This document shows positions 26,069 through 33,572 of a stretch of 33,572 nt of DNA, piece after piece. This DNA comes from a virus (taxonomy: Duplodnaviria; Caudoviricetes): the IMG/VR virus record IMGVR_UViG_3300032305_001370, positions 1 through 33,572 of that record, one strand, 5' to 3'. The stretch's first letter is position 1, and every line of letters starts with the position of its first letter. A model generated the notes under the pieces. The model ran no database searches. It was not told where the DNA came from and saw only the letters and a program-made list of their open reading frames with translations. The position numbers and the translations under genes were made by a program.

Positions 26069-26490
26069 CAGTTCACCTGCAGCGGAACGACGATTTCGTC
26101 ACCCTGCTCGGTGACCAGGTACTGGACGTCGACGTCGACCCGCTTGGTATGCACCAGGACGCAGGTCTGGAACGCATCGCCGTAGCGGAACAGCGGCACG
26201 CCTCGAGGTGCCGACACCTCGTAGACGTTGGTGGCCCCGCCCAGTTCTTCATAGATCTTGTCGCCCCGCTGCGGCTCGCCGTAGGGCAGCTCGTCGGTCT
26301 TGATGATGAAGTCGCGGCTTTCCCATTGCTCGATCACGCCGGAGCCGTTCTGGGCCTCAAACGTCGACGAGCCGATCGTGGCCGGCACCGTGGCCGTGTT
26401 CCCACCGCGGACGTAGGCCACCGTGGCGGCAGCGCTTGCACGCAGCCGGTCGGTGAGCCAGGCAGCCCCGGCGGAAAGCATGTCGGCCAT
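26068..26490 (-). CDS. Head-tail joining protein
   Basis: Position after capsid/DUF2190; ESRDFII...PQRGD. Confidence 0.7.
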   Translation of the reverse strand: MADMLSAGAAWLTDRLRASAAATVAYVRGGNTATVPATIGSSTFEAQNGSGVIEQWESRDFIIKTDELPYGEPQRGDKIYEELGGATNVYEVSAPRGVPLFRYGDAFQTCVLVHTKRVDVDVQYLVTEQGDEIVVPLQVN

Positions 26491-26511
26491 GGGTCACCTC
26501 CGCCCACAACG

Positions 26512-26550
26512 CCCCGGCGGCGCGCGGTAGCGATCGCGCACCGGCCGGGG
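26512..26550. terminator. GC-rich imperfect hairpin between DUF2190 and the head-tail gene
   Basis: ccccggcggcgcgcg...cgcgcaccggccgggg; no U-tract. Confidence 0.35.
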
Positions 26551-26570
26551 GTTGCAGGTGTTCCGGGGAA

Positions 26571-26888
26571 CTACTTGTTCAGGATCACTTCGACCGTGGT
26601 GTCACCCACCAGCCGAGCCTTGGCCAGCTTGCCGGCGGTGACGCCGGTCGAAGCATGGGCCACGCCGGAGGCGGCCACCCAGTTGATCGCCGAACCCTGG
26701 GCACCGGTGGCACCCGTGGCGACCGGCATCGAGAACACGCCCTCGACAGCCAGCGACCCGAGGGCGTTGGCGGCGATGGGACGGGGAGCAACACCGACGA
26801 GCGCACCGACCACGACCACGGCACCGGCCGCAACTGCGGTGCTCGGCGTGTAGTCAAGGACGTGGCCCTTCTGAACGTAATCGGCCAT
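26571..26888 (-). CDS. DUF2190-family capsid cement/decoration protein
   Basis: YVQKGHVLDYT...GVA..IAAN..G.LAVEGVF; directly after the capsid gene. Confidence 0.8.
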   Translation of the reverse strand: MADYVQKGHVLDYTPSTAVAAGAVVVVGALVGVAPRPIAANALGSLAVEGVFSMPVATGATGAQGSAINWVAASGVAHASTGVTAGKLAKARLVGDTTVEVILNK

Positions 26889-26929
26889 GGTTAGGAACCT
26901 TTCGAACTAGGGGAGCGGTTAGGTGAGAT

Positions 26930-26961
26930 CCGGCGGGCGGGCGTGGGCTCCCGCCCGCCGG
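26930..26961. terminator. 12-bp perfect GC stem-loop downstream of the capsid gene
   Basis: ccggcgggcggg-N8-cccgcccgccgg; lacks a U-tract on the minus strand. Confidence 0.5.
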
Positions 26962-26981
26962 GTTGTTGTTCACGACAGGGG

Positions 26982-28823
26982 TCAGACGTCCATCTTGACG
27001 CCGGCTTTGTCCTCGGCCTTGGCACAGCCAAAGTCGAAGTAGCCGCGCATCTGCACGCCCAACGTGTGGAAGTCGGCCTCGGCCGTCTCCACGATCGGGC
27101 TCTGGACGCCGTTCAGGAACGCCACCTCCATCACCGGCAGATCGGCCGGCGAGGCGAGGAGGTAGTAGTCCGCGACGTCGGTCAGGTAGGTCGAGCTGAC
27201 CACCTCGTAACGACCGGCGAACACGTTCGTCGACGGCTGGCCGCTGGTGTTGCCGCTCGAGATCTGGATGGAGTTCATCAACTCCGCCGCGGTGATCTCG
27301 AGGTCGACCGGCGTCAGCAGGACACGCGGCTGGGTCGCCATGGGCTTCCCGTCGCTGTCCTTCAGCTTCCGATAGAGGGCCAGGGCTTCCTTCAGACCGG
27401 CCAGGCCAAGGGCCGTGGCGCTGGTCTTCTTGTTGCCCTTGGCCACCGTGAAGAAGGTCGAGTCGTTGAGGAACTCGGCCCAGAACACGTCGTTCAGCTT
27501 GAGGGCACCACCGCGGCCGATCCGCTGCGGCACCGCCGTGAGCGCCCCGAGGTCGTCGTTGATCAGGTCGGTACGGGTGACCGAGGTCATGATCCCGTAG
27601 GTCTCCGCACTGATCGTCCGGGTCTCGTCCGACGCCGCTGCGGAGTGCAGCTCGCCGCCGTTGCCCACCTTCTCGAACGAGAAAGCGCCGTTCAGGCGGT
27701 ACTGGTTGATCGTCTTGAAGTCGTTGACCGACCGCACCGACGAGATCGACCGCCAGGCCGACTCGACGCTGTCGAAGCCGGCCAGGAGGAACTTGTTCAC
27801 CGTGCTCGACAGGATGCCCGAGATCGAGTGGGTCGCCCACGCCGCGGCCAGGATCGGCCGAAGGGTGGAAGCGTTCACGCGACGGGGACCGTCGTAGCCG
27901 TTCGCCACGGCCGCTTGGACCAGCACTTCGCCCAGGCTGATCTCGCGGCGGGCCTTGTGGGCCGCCTCGAGCACCTTGGCGTCGTACTTCTTCTCGATGC
28001 CCGGCAAGTTGCCCTGCAGGGCGAACGAGGCCTCAATCACCTCGGCCGTCGGGGCCACGTTGGCCACGACATGAACCGCCGGGGAGCCGGGCCGCTCGTC
28101 ACGGGTCGCTTGGAGCTTCTCCATCTTTTCGAGCCTTTCGGTCATGGCCTCGAGCTTCGCCACCAAGACGCTGGTGTCGGCCTCGACGGCAGGGGTAGAA
28201 ACGGGCTCCACGGCGACCTCCGCCGTGGCCGCCACGATCGCGGTCTCGACGACCTCGTCCGTGGGCTTGGTGGTGGCGTCAGCCGCCATGGTGCTCTCCT
28301 CTGCCGCTTCTGCGGCGATGGAAACGGCCGTGCTGCGGTCGGCCCCTAACGTGACGAAAGACGTCTCCCGCAGCGTGGAGGCGCGAACGACGCGGACAGG
28401 CCCTTGGACGGTCTGCCCGTTGACGGTGGTGATCTGGTCCTCGCCGAACCGCAGGTGGCGGCCGACGTCGGCACCGACGCTGGCCTGCCACTGGTAGCCG
28501 GCGGCCGCGAGGGCCAGCACTTGGCGGGCGTTGTCGTTGTCGGCAAGAATCTCGCCCTCGACGATCAGCTGCCCGCCCTGCACGCTTGGCGTACCCTGGC
28601 CGAGGATCGACCCGATGGCGTAGTCGTGGCCGACCACGATCGGCACGGTCTGCGGCAAGGTCATGCCGGCCATGTCGATGATCACGGGCTCTCGCGACCA
28701 CGACTGGCGGATCGGCGCGCCGGTGTAGGCCACGATGCGGAACTTCCGCGGGCCGGCCGCCGCTTCGCCGTCGGCAGCCTGCAGAAACTCCACACCGCTC
28801 GAAAATGCGAGTTTGTCGCTCAT
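26982..28823 (-). CDS. Prohead protease-major capsid fusion protein
   Basis: HK97-type protease motifs VGHD, QASVG, LRETSFV; acidic linker; capsid motifs LINDDLGAL, EVAFLNG, DFG. Confidence 0.85.
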   Translation of the reverse strand: MSDKLAFSSGVEFLQAADGEAAAGPRKFRIVAYTGAPIRQSWSREPVIIDMAGMTLPQTVPIVVGHDYAIGSILGQGTPSVQGGQLIVEGEILADNDNARQVLALAAAGYQWQASVGADVGRHLRFGEDQITTVNGQTVQGPVRVVRASTLRETSFVTLGADRSTAVSIAAEAAEESTMAADATTKPTDEVVETAIVAATAEVAVEPVSTPAVEADTSVLVAKLEAMTERLEKMEKLQATRDERPGSPAVHVVANVAPTAEVIEASFALQGNLPGIEKKYDAKVLEAAHKARREISLGEVLVQAAVANGYDGPRRVNASTLRPILAAAWATHSISGILSSTVNKFLLAGFDSVESAWRSISSVRSVNDFKTINQYRLNGAFSFEKVGNGGELHSAAASDETRTISAETYGIMTSVTRTDLINDDLGALTAVPQRIGRGGALKLNDVFWAEFLNDSTFFTVAKGNKKTSATALGLAGLKEALALYRKLKDSDGKPMATQPRVLLTPVDLEITAAELMNSIQISSGNTSGQPSTNVFAGRYEVVSSTYLTDVADYYLLASPADLPVMEVAFLNGVQSPIVETAEADFHTLGVQMRGYFDFGCAKAEDKAGVKMDV

Positions 28824-28885
28824 AGCCAGATGAACTCCCCGATGGTTTCGATGGCGTCGTCGTCGCCGTCCCAGTCCTCAATCAC
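28820..28885 (-). CDS. 21-aa acidic micro-ORF (M/V)IEDWDGDDDAIETIGEFIWL
   Basis: GTG overlaps the portal stop, TGA overlaps the capsid ATG; GGAGGAGG upstream. Confidence 0.5.
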   Translation of the reverse strand: MIEDWDGDDDAIETIGEFIWL

Positions 28886-30795
28886 TGAGGCACCTCCTCC
28901 GGCTCAAAGGCCGGAACAAATGCCGCGGTCGCCGGTTGGCTTTGCTCAGCGAAATAGTCGCGGATCACCTTTTTCATCTGGTCGGCGACTGCGGCGCGGT
29001 GCGGATCGGCGTCCACGCGCCGCATGCACTCTTCCAGCGACGTGTTCATGTGGACGTATTCGGGATTCAGTTCCGCCATGGCCTGGCGAAACTCGTCCTT
29101 GACTCGCGTGGTGATCACCCACGTCGTGCCGATGCCGCGCGCCGTCTTGGCCTTCTGGATGATCAGGTCGCGAATGTCGAGGCAGTATTCGATCAGCGGC
29201 CGCGTCTGCTGGTGCGGGTCGTTGCCGCTCAGCGCCTGCATGATCCGATCGAAGTCGAACACGACGTCACGCGGACCCTTGTTCTGTTTGACGTAGGTCG
29301 ACTTGCCCGACGCTGGGGCACCGTGGACGACAACGGCCTTGACCTTCGTGACGGGCTGCGATGCTTCGACCGGGTCTTCGCCGTTCTGCGGCGGAGCCGG
29401 GGCGGCCTGGCCGGCGGGTGTCATCGACAGGCCCAACTCGTCCATCAGCGCCCGCTCGGCGGCGATCTGCCGCAGCTCAACGTCCCACCGCTTGCCCTGG
29501 CGGGCGTACTCGCTGGCCAGGGTCGTGGTCAGCGTCCGCAGCCGGGTCTCGCAGGCCGACGCCTCTTTGCCGGGGTCGACGTGATCTTTCCCGTCCCAGA
29601 CCCAGGCCCAGTTCCACTCGCTGAAAGGCGGCAGGCCCTCGGGGATCACGCCGGCCAGGCTGGCCTCATTCACCCAGGCCGCCAGCACCCGGTCGAGGCA
29701 GATCCGCTCGAGGTGATCGCGGTCGACCCGCTGGTTCATGGCATAGACCTGGTGATCCATGCGGCCGGAAGCGTAGTTGTACGACGACGAATCCAGCGCG
29801 GCGACGTTGTACGGCAGCTGCAGGCAGCGGGCGATTTCGTTGAGGATCTCGCGCTTGAAATCCTTGTATGTGCTGGTGGGCTGCTCGGCCTTCAGCTGCG
29901 AGATGTCCCAGCCTTCCGGCAGGGTCACCAGCGACCGCTTGCGGATCTCCAACTCGGCAAACGAATCGACCTCGTCCACCTCCGCGGCCGGAGAGTTGGA
30001 GTGGATGAACGCCGCGAAGTCGGCGGCCGTCTCGGCGGCGGCAATCACGGCCTCCGTGTAGCGCCGCAACTGGCCGAACAGTCGCAGGGCCGGGGCCACT
30101 TCGGCGTAGCCACGGTTCTGCCCGGGCCGCACCCGACGGAACCAGTGGATCATCGCCGCGGCAGGAACCCGGCGGAACTCGAGCGTATTGATGCGGTAGT
30201 TGCTGCCCGGGTGGTAGTTCAACACCTGGTAAGCGGTGACGTTGCCCGTGGCGTCGAACTCCATCCCGTCGACGGTGTTCCCCTCGACAGTGATCGACTG
30301 GGCCATCAGCTCAGTCGGCGTGGCCACCATCTCGGCCTCGACCAAGCGGAGGTCGAGCTGCACGCCCGGCAGGCGGCCGTTGTTGATCATCATGGCGAAG
30401 GCCTCGCCGTCGCTGACCAGCGCCTCCCGCATCGTCCGCAGCTTGGCCGGCAGGTCGATCAGCGTGCCCCAGTCGTAGAACGCCCGCTCCACCGTCCGGG
30501 CCGCGTCCACGTCGCCGATGTCGAGCTGCAGGCGGGGGCCGGTGCCGATCAGGTCGCCGGCCAGCGTGGCCGAGATGCCGGCCAGGTAGGAGTTGTTCAC
30601 CCGCTCATGACGAGCGCGGTTCCGCATCATGCGGCGCTTTTCGGGCGACAGCGCCGCGTCGGCACTGAATGCGTCGGCCCCGGCCCAGTGCTTGTAGTCG
30701 TCGCCCCGCTCGGCCGCCTCAAACCGGGCGCGGGCCACCGGCGCCACCGGCTGGCGGGGCTGCGTGCGGCCGCGGAACAGGTCGAGGAAGGCCAT
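28882..30795 (-). CDS. Lambda-family portal protein with a C-terminal P-loop kinase/AAA_33-like domain
   Basis: RNRARHE..NN, DGEAF, RPGQNRG, SSYNYASGRMD, HVDPGKE; then HGAPASGKSTYV. Confidence 0.88.
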   Translation of the reverse strand: MAFLDLFRGRTQPRQPVAPVARARFEAAERGDDYKHWAGADAFSADAALSPEKRRMMRNRARHERVNNSYLAGISATLAGDLIGTGPRLQLDIGDVDAARTVERAFYDWGTLIDLPAKLRTMREALVSDGEAFAMMINNGRLPGVQLDLRLVEAEMVATPTELMAQSITVEGNTVDGMEFDATGNVTAYQVLNYHPGSNYRINTLEFRRVPAAAMIHWFRRVRPGQNRGYAEVAPALRLFGQLRRYTEAVIAAAETAADFAAFIHSNSPAAEVDEVDSFAELEIRKRSLVTLPEGWDISQLKAEQPTSTYKDFKREILNEIARCLQLPYNVAALDSSSYNYASGRMDHQVYAMNQRVDRDHLERICLDRVLAAWVNEASLAGVIPEGLPPFSEWNWAWVWDGKDHVDPGKEASACETRLRTLTTTLASEYARQGKRWDVELRQIAAERALMDELGLSMTPAGQAAPAPPQNGEDPVEASQPVTKVKAVVVHGAPASGKSTYVKQNKGPRDVVFDFDRIMQALSGNDPHQQTRPLIEYCLDIRDLIIQKAKTARGIGTTWVITTRVKDEFRQAMAELNPEYVHMNTSLEECMRRVDADPHRAAVADQMKKVIRDYFAEQSQPATAAFVPAFEPEEVPQ

Positions 30796-30992
30796 CAGGA
30801 AAAGCCGTTGGGGATGATTTGGTTGAACCGCAGACCACGTTTGGTGGTTGACGCCGCAGCCTTGGCGGCCAGGTACTTGTCGGCCTCGATCTGCTTGGTG
30901 ATGTCCTGCGCCTCGACCTCGCCTGCGTCAGTGCGGACACGGGCCGGCCCCTTGGCGGTCGATTCGATGGCGTCACGGATCTCGTCGCTCAT
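30795..30992 (-). CDS. gpW-like head completion protein
   Basis: 65 aa directly before a lambda-type portal. Confidence 0.6.
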   Translation of the reverse strand: MSDEIRDAIESTAKGPARVRTDAGEVEAQDITKQIEADKYLAAKAAASTTKRGLRFNQIIPNGFS

Positions 30993-30998
30993 GCTGCG

Positions 30999-31032
30999 AC
31001 GGTAGGCCAGACCGCAGAAAACCCGCAGGGGG
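30999..31032 (-). promoter_or_regulatory. Putative late promoter CCCCCTGCG-N19-TACCGT, 6 nt before ATG (leaderless)
   Basis: Intergenic copy of the shared motif. Confidence 0.65.
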
Positions 31033-31037
31033 TCTGG

Positions 31038-31442
31038 CTACTGGACGCGGTGCCAGTCGTGCGTGTAACGCTGCACCTTCGCAAACCCGAGCCGCTTCGC
31101 GATGGCCTCTGTGGTCGGCGAGAAGACGGCCAGCGGCAGTTCGCGATTAATCACGCCGGCAGCGGCCAAGGTGGCCGATAGCGCCAAGGCTATACCCGCC
31201 CCGCGGTGCCGCTCGTCGGTCCACATTTCCAGCGTCTGCATGTCACGCCAATCGTGGGTACATGCCCACGCCAACAACGCCCCGCGGTCGTGCCAGAGCG
31301 CAATCGGCGTAGCGCTTGATGTCTTGCCTGCCAGCCGGCTGCCGACCTCGGCCTGAAACTCGCTGCCGGGCCACGTCAGGCGGAACTTGATCGCCACGCA
31401 ATCCGAATCAGTCAGACCGTCGACGGTGGTCAGAGTGATCAT
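31038..31442 (-). CDS. GNAT-family acetyltransferase-like protein
   Basis: MWTDERHRGAGIALAL (motif A), IAKRLGF (motif B). Confidence 0.7.
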   Translation of the reverse strand: MITLTTVDGLTDSDCVAIKFRLTWPGSEFQAEVGSRLAGKTSSATPIALWHDRGALLAWACTHDWRDMQTLEMWTDERHRGAGIALALSATLAAAGVINRELPLAVFSPTTEAIAKRLGFAKVQRYTHDWHRVQ

Positions 31443-33526
31443 GCGCCAAGTTTACGAATCTCGATCCGCTTGGCGCCACCGGGTGTGGTCGGGATCGCCG
31501 CCTTTCGCCGCGCCCGGCCGCCGGTCTCGGTGGCCGCCGGGCTCACGCCCGTGATGCTCGCGGCCACGGCCGACCCAACGAGGCAGTCCCACCAGTGGTT
31601 TTCAAACCGCGTGCCGGACAGCTTCCACTCGTCCACGACCCGGCCGCGGGCACTCTCGGTCCGCACCGGATACTCGTTCGTCAGGTGGTCCCACAGCATG
31701 TCGTGCTCCCCGTCACAGAACACAATCGCCTCCGGGTCGCCCGTCGCCAGCCGCAGCCGCGAGGCCGCGAACGTCTTCCAAAAGTTGGTGTCGTAGGTAC
31801 ACGACCGCTGGCCTTGGACCTGCCCGATCCGCCAGTTGAGGCCGAGCCGGTCACCGCGGGCCTTGCCCTTGTCGTTCAGCGCCGGCGACGAGGCCCCGAT
31901 GCCGCGGCCGTGGCTCGGCAGGATCACGCCCGCAAACGGCGACCGCTTGCAGAACGTGCGCACCGTCTGCGTCGACTTGCCCCAGTTGGCGTCGATCATC
32001 AACTGGCTGATTCGCATAGCCGTCCCGTCCTCGCGGGGCCAGTCCCGGCCGATCAGCGTCTGGGTCACCTGCTCGAGGCCGGCCGACAGCGCCGCTTCGA
32101 ACCCGGCCCCGTTGGCCGCCGCGGCCAGCGTCCGCTTGGCGCTGCCCGCCTCAAAAAACGACACGCCCTGGTCCGGGTACACGCCGTAGCTCACGACGTG
32201 CCCGCCGAACGTGTCGGACCACGATGCCACCATCCAGAACAGGACGCGGTCCTGGACGTCGACGAACGCGGTCAGCCGGTGGTGGTTGCCCGGCACGGTG
32301 CCGCGCGGGACGTTGGTGACCCGCGCCGCGAGTTGACGTTTGTCAAGTTTGTCACTCTCGACGTGATCGGCGACCGGTTGGTTTTGGTACTCGGCGAAAA
32401 ACGCGGCGTCCCCTCGGTCGATCCGCAGGTTCCAGGCGTGCTGGATCGCCGACAGCTCGTCGGTGTTGTGTCGCTCCGGCCAAGCCACCCGGCTGCCGGC
32501 GTCCATGGCCTCGCGCCGCTCGGCGTAGAAGGCGTCCGCCTCCGCCGTCCCCGCGCCGCTCCGCTGCCCGGCCCGCCGCAGCTCGCCGTACTCCAGCCAC
32601 AAGTCCTCTGCCGTTGGCCAGTCGTACACCAGCTGCGACCGCTCGCCCTGCCACGCCGGGTGGCGCGTGCGGTCCAGCAGCCGGTCCGCCAGGTCGTCGG
32701 TGCGGATCACCGTGATCGTGGTCAACCCGGCGATCTTCGACCCCGGGCCAGCCAGGCCCAAGATCGCCCCCGACAGGATCTTCTCCCGGGTGGCGCACTG
32801 CGACGGGCTCGCGGCCGACTCGTCGGTCTGCGGGTCGTCGATCAGGACGAGGCTTGGCCGGATGCTCGACCCGTCGGGGCGGGTGTGCTTCAGGCCGCGG
32901 ATCCGGCCGGTGATGCCAGCCACCCGCACGCAGGCACCGGCCGACACGCTGCCCTTGATCCACGGCAGCGTGATCTGGTCGGCCGCCCACTGCATCTCCG
33001 TCGGCGTGCCCTGGTACGTCTGCCCCTTCGCCCGCTGTGCGATGCGGTCCAAACACCGCACCGGGTAGCAGGCCTCGGGGAAGTCCTCGAGCAGCGTGTC
33101 GTTGTTCTCGATCTGGGCCTTCAGGCTGTCGGCCATCGCGCTGGCGATCGTCTGGTCAGCACCGACCAACACGATGAACTGCCGGTGGCCGTACAGCATG
33201 GCCCACAGGCAAGCCGCCTCCGACAGCGTCGTCTTGCCCGACCCGCGCGGCATCGCGAACGCGAACAGCTCGCCCCGCAGAACGGCCCCCTCGATCTTGG
33301 CGATGGCTGTCAGGTGGTCCGGCGACCAGGCCAGCGGGAACAGGTCGGCCAGATACGTCTCACAGAACGCGCGGAAGTCGAGGCGGCACAGCCCGCGCCG
33401 CTTGGGATGGGCGACCGGTGGCATTTCGCCGATCTCGCGACCCTCGGCGCTGACCGCCCGCTTGGCGTTGGCGGCGCGTTTCTTGTGGCGCTCGTAGGCG
33501 GCGCTGGCTGGTTTGCTGGTGGTCAT
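31439..33526 (-). CDS. terL: Terminase large subunit (gpA-like nuclease domain)
   Basis: MPRGSGKTT Walker A, LVLIDD Walker B, AFVDVQD and NHWWDC nuclease motifs; start 33526 or 33529. Confidence 0.9.
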   Translation of the reverse strand: MTTSKPASAAYERHKKRAANAKRAVSAEGREIGEMPPVAHPKRRGLCRLDFRAFCETYLADLFPLAWSPDHLTAIAKIEGAVLRGELFAFAMPRGSGKTTLSEAACLWAMLYGHRQFIVLVGADQTIASAMADSLKAQIENNDTLLEDFPEACYPVRCLDRIAQRAKGQTYQGTPTEMQWAADQITLPWIKGSVSAGACVRVAGITGRIRGLKHTRPDGSSIRPSLVLIDDPQTDESAASPSQCATREKILSGAILGLAGPGSKIAGLTTITVIRTDDLADRLLDRTRHPAWQGERSQLVYDWPTAEDLWLEYGELRRAGQRSGAGTAEADAFYAERREAMDAGSRVAWPERHNTDELSAIQHAWNLRIDRGDAAFFAEYQNQPVADHVESDKLDKRQLAARVTNVPRGTVPGNHHRLTAFVDVQDRVLFWMVASWSDTFGGHVVSYGVYPDQGVSFFEAGSAKRTLAAAANGAGFEAALSAGLEQVTQTLIGRDWPREDGTAMRISQLMIDANWGKSTQTVRTFCKRSPFAGVILPSHGRGIGASSPALNDKGKARGDRLGLNWRIGQVQGQRSCTYDTNFWKTFAASRLRLATGDPEAIVFCDGEHDMLWDHLTNEYPVRTESARGRVVDEWKLSGTRFENHWWDCLVGSAVAASITGVSPAATETGGRARRKAAIPTTPGGAKRIEIRKLGA

Positions 33527-33572
33527 CAAAAACCCGCGTTTTCCCGGGCATAACCCTGTATCAACGGAAGCC

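Noticed and set aside
28936-33553. Long plus-strand ORFs (689 aa, 652 aa) and similar antisense ORFs throughout
   Set aside because: Shadow frames of GC-rich portal, terminase and other real genes; no motifs or RBS
1-33572. tRNA, rRNA or IS elements
   Set aside because: None recognised; intergenic gaps are short and explained by promoter motifs or hairpins

Overview
A GC-rich, gene-dense stretch of a tailed dsDNA (siphovirus-like) phage or prophage. From 33529 down to 1674 the minus strand carries one colinear late region. It begins with large terminase, a GNAT, a gpW-like protein, a lambda-type portal fused to a P-loop kinase domain, a protease-capsid fusion, DUF2190 and a head-tail joiner. 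These are followed by Thr/Gly-rich (TGPTG) fibre and decoration genes, a five-gene glycan-modification cassette, neck/terminator genes, three paralogous mini tail-tube genes, a tail chaperone with a -1 frameshift signature, the tape measure and lower-GC tail-tip genes. The region ends with a metallophosphoesterase/DUF6378 operon and a putative lysis module built on a papain-like peptidase. The plus strand (1-1677) holds a poly-C tract, an atypical tyrosine recombinase, a Zn-ribbon protein, an HTH/excisionase, twin 16-bp palindromes and a 23-aa hydrophobic peptide. A promoter-like motif (CCCCT[G/C]CG-N19/20-[T/C]AnnnT) recurs five times between genes. The most intriguing candidate system is phage-encoded O-glycosylation of TGPTG-tagged virion proteins. 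All product calls come from motif recognition and synteny, not database searches.
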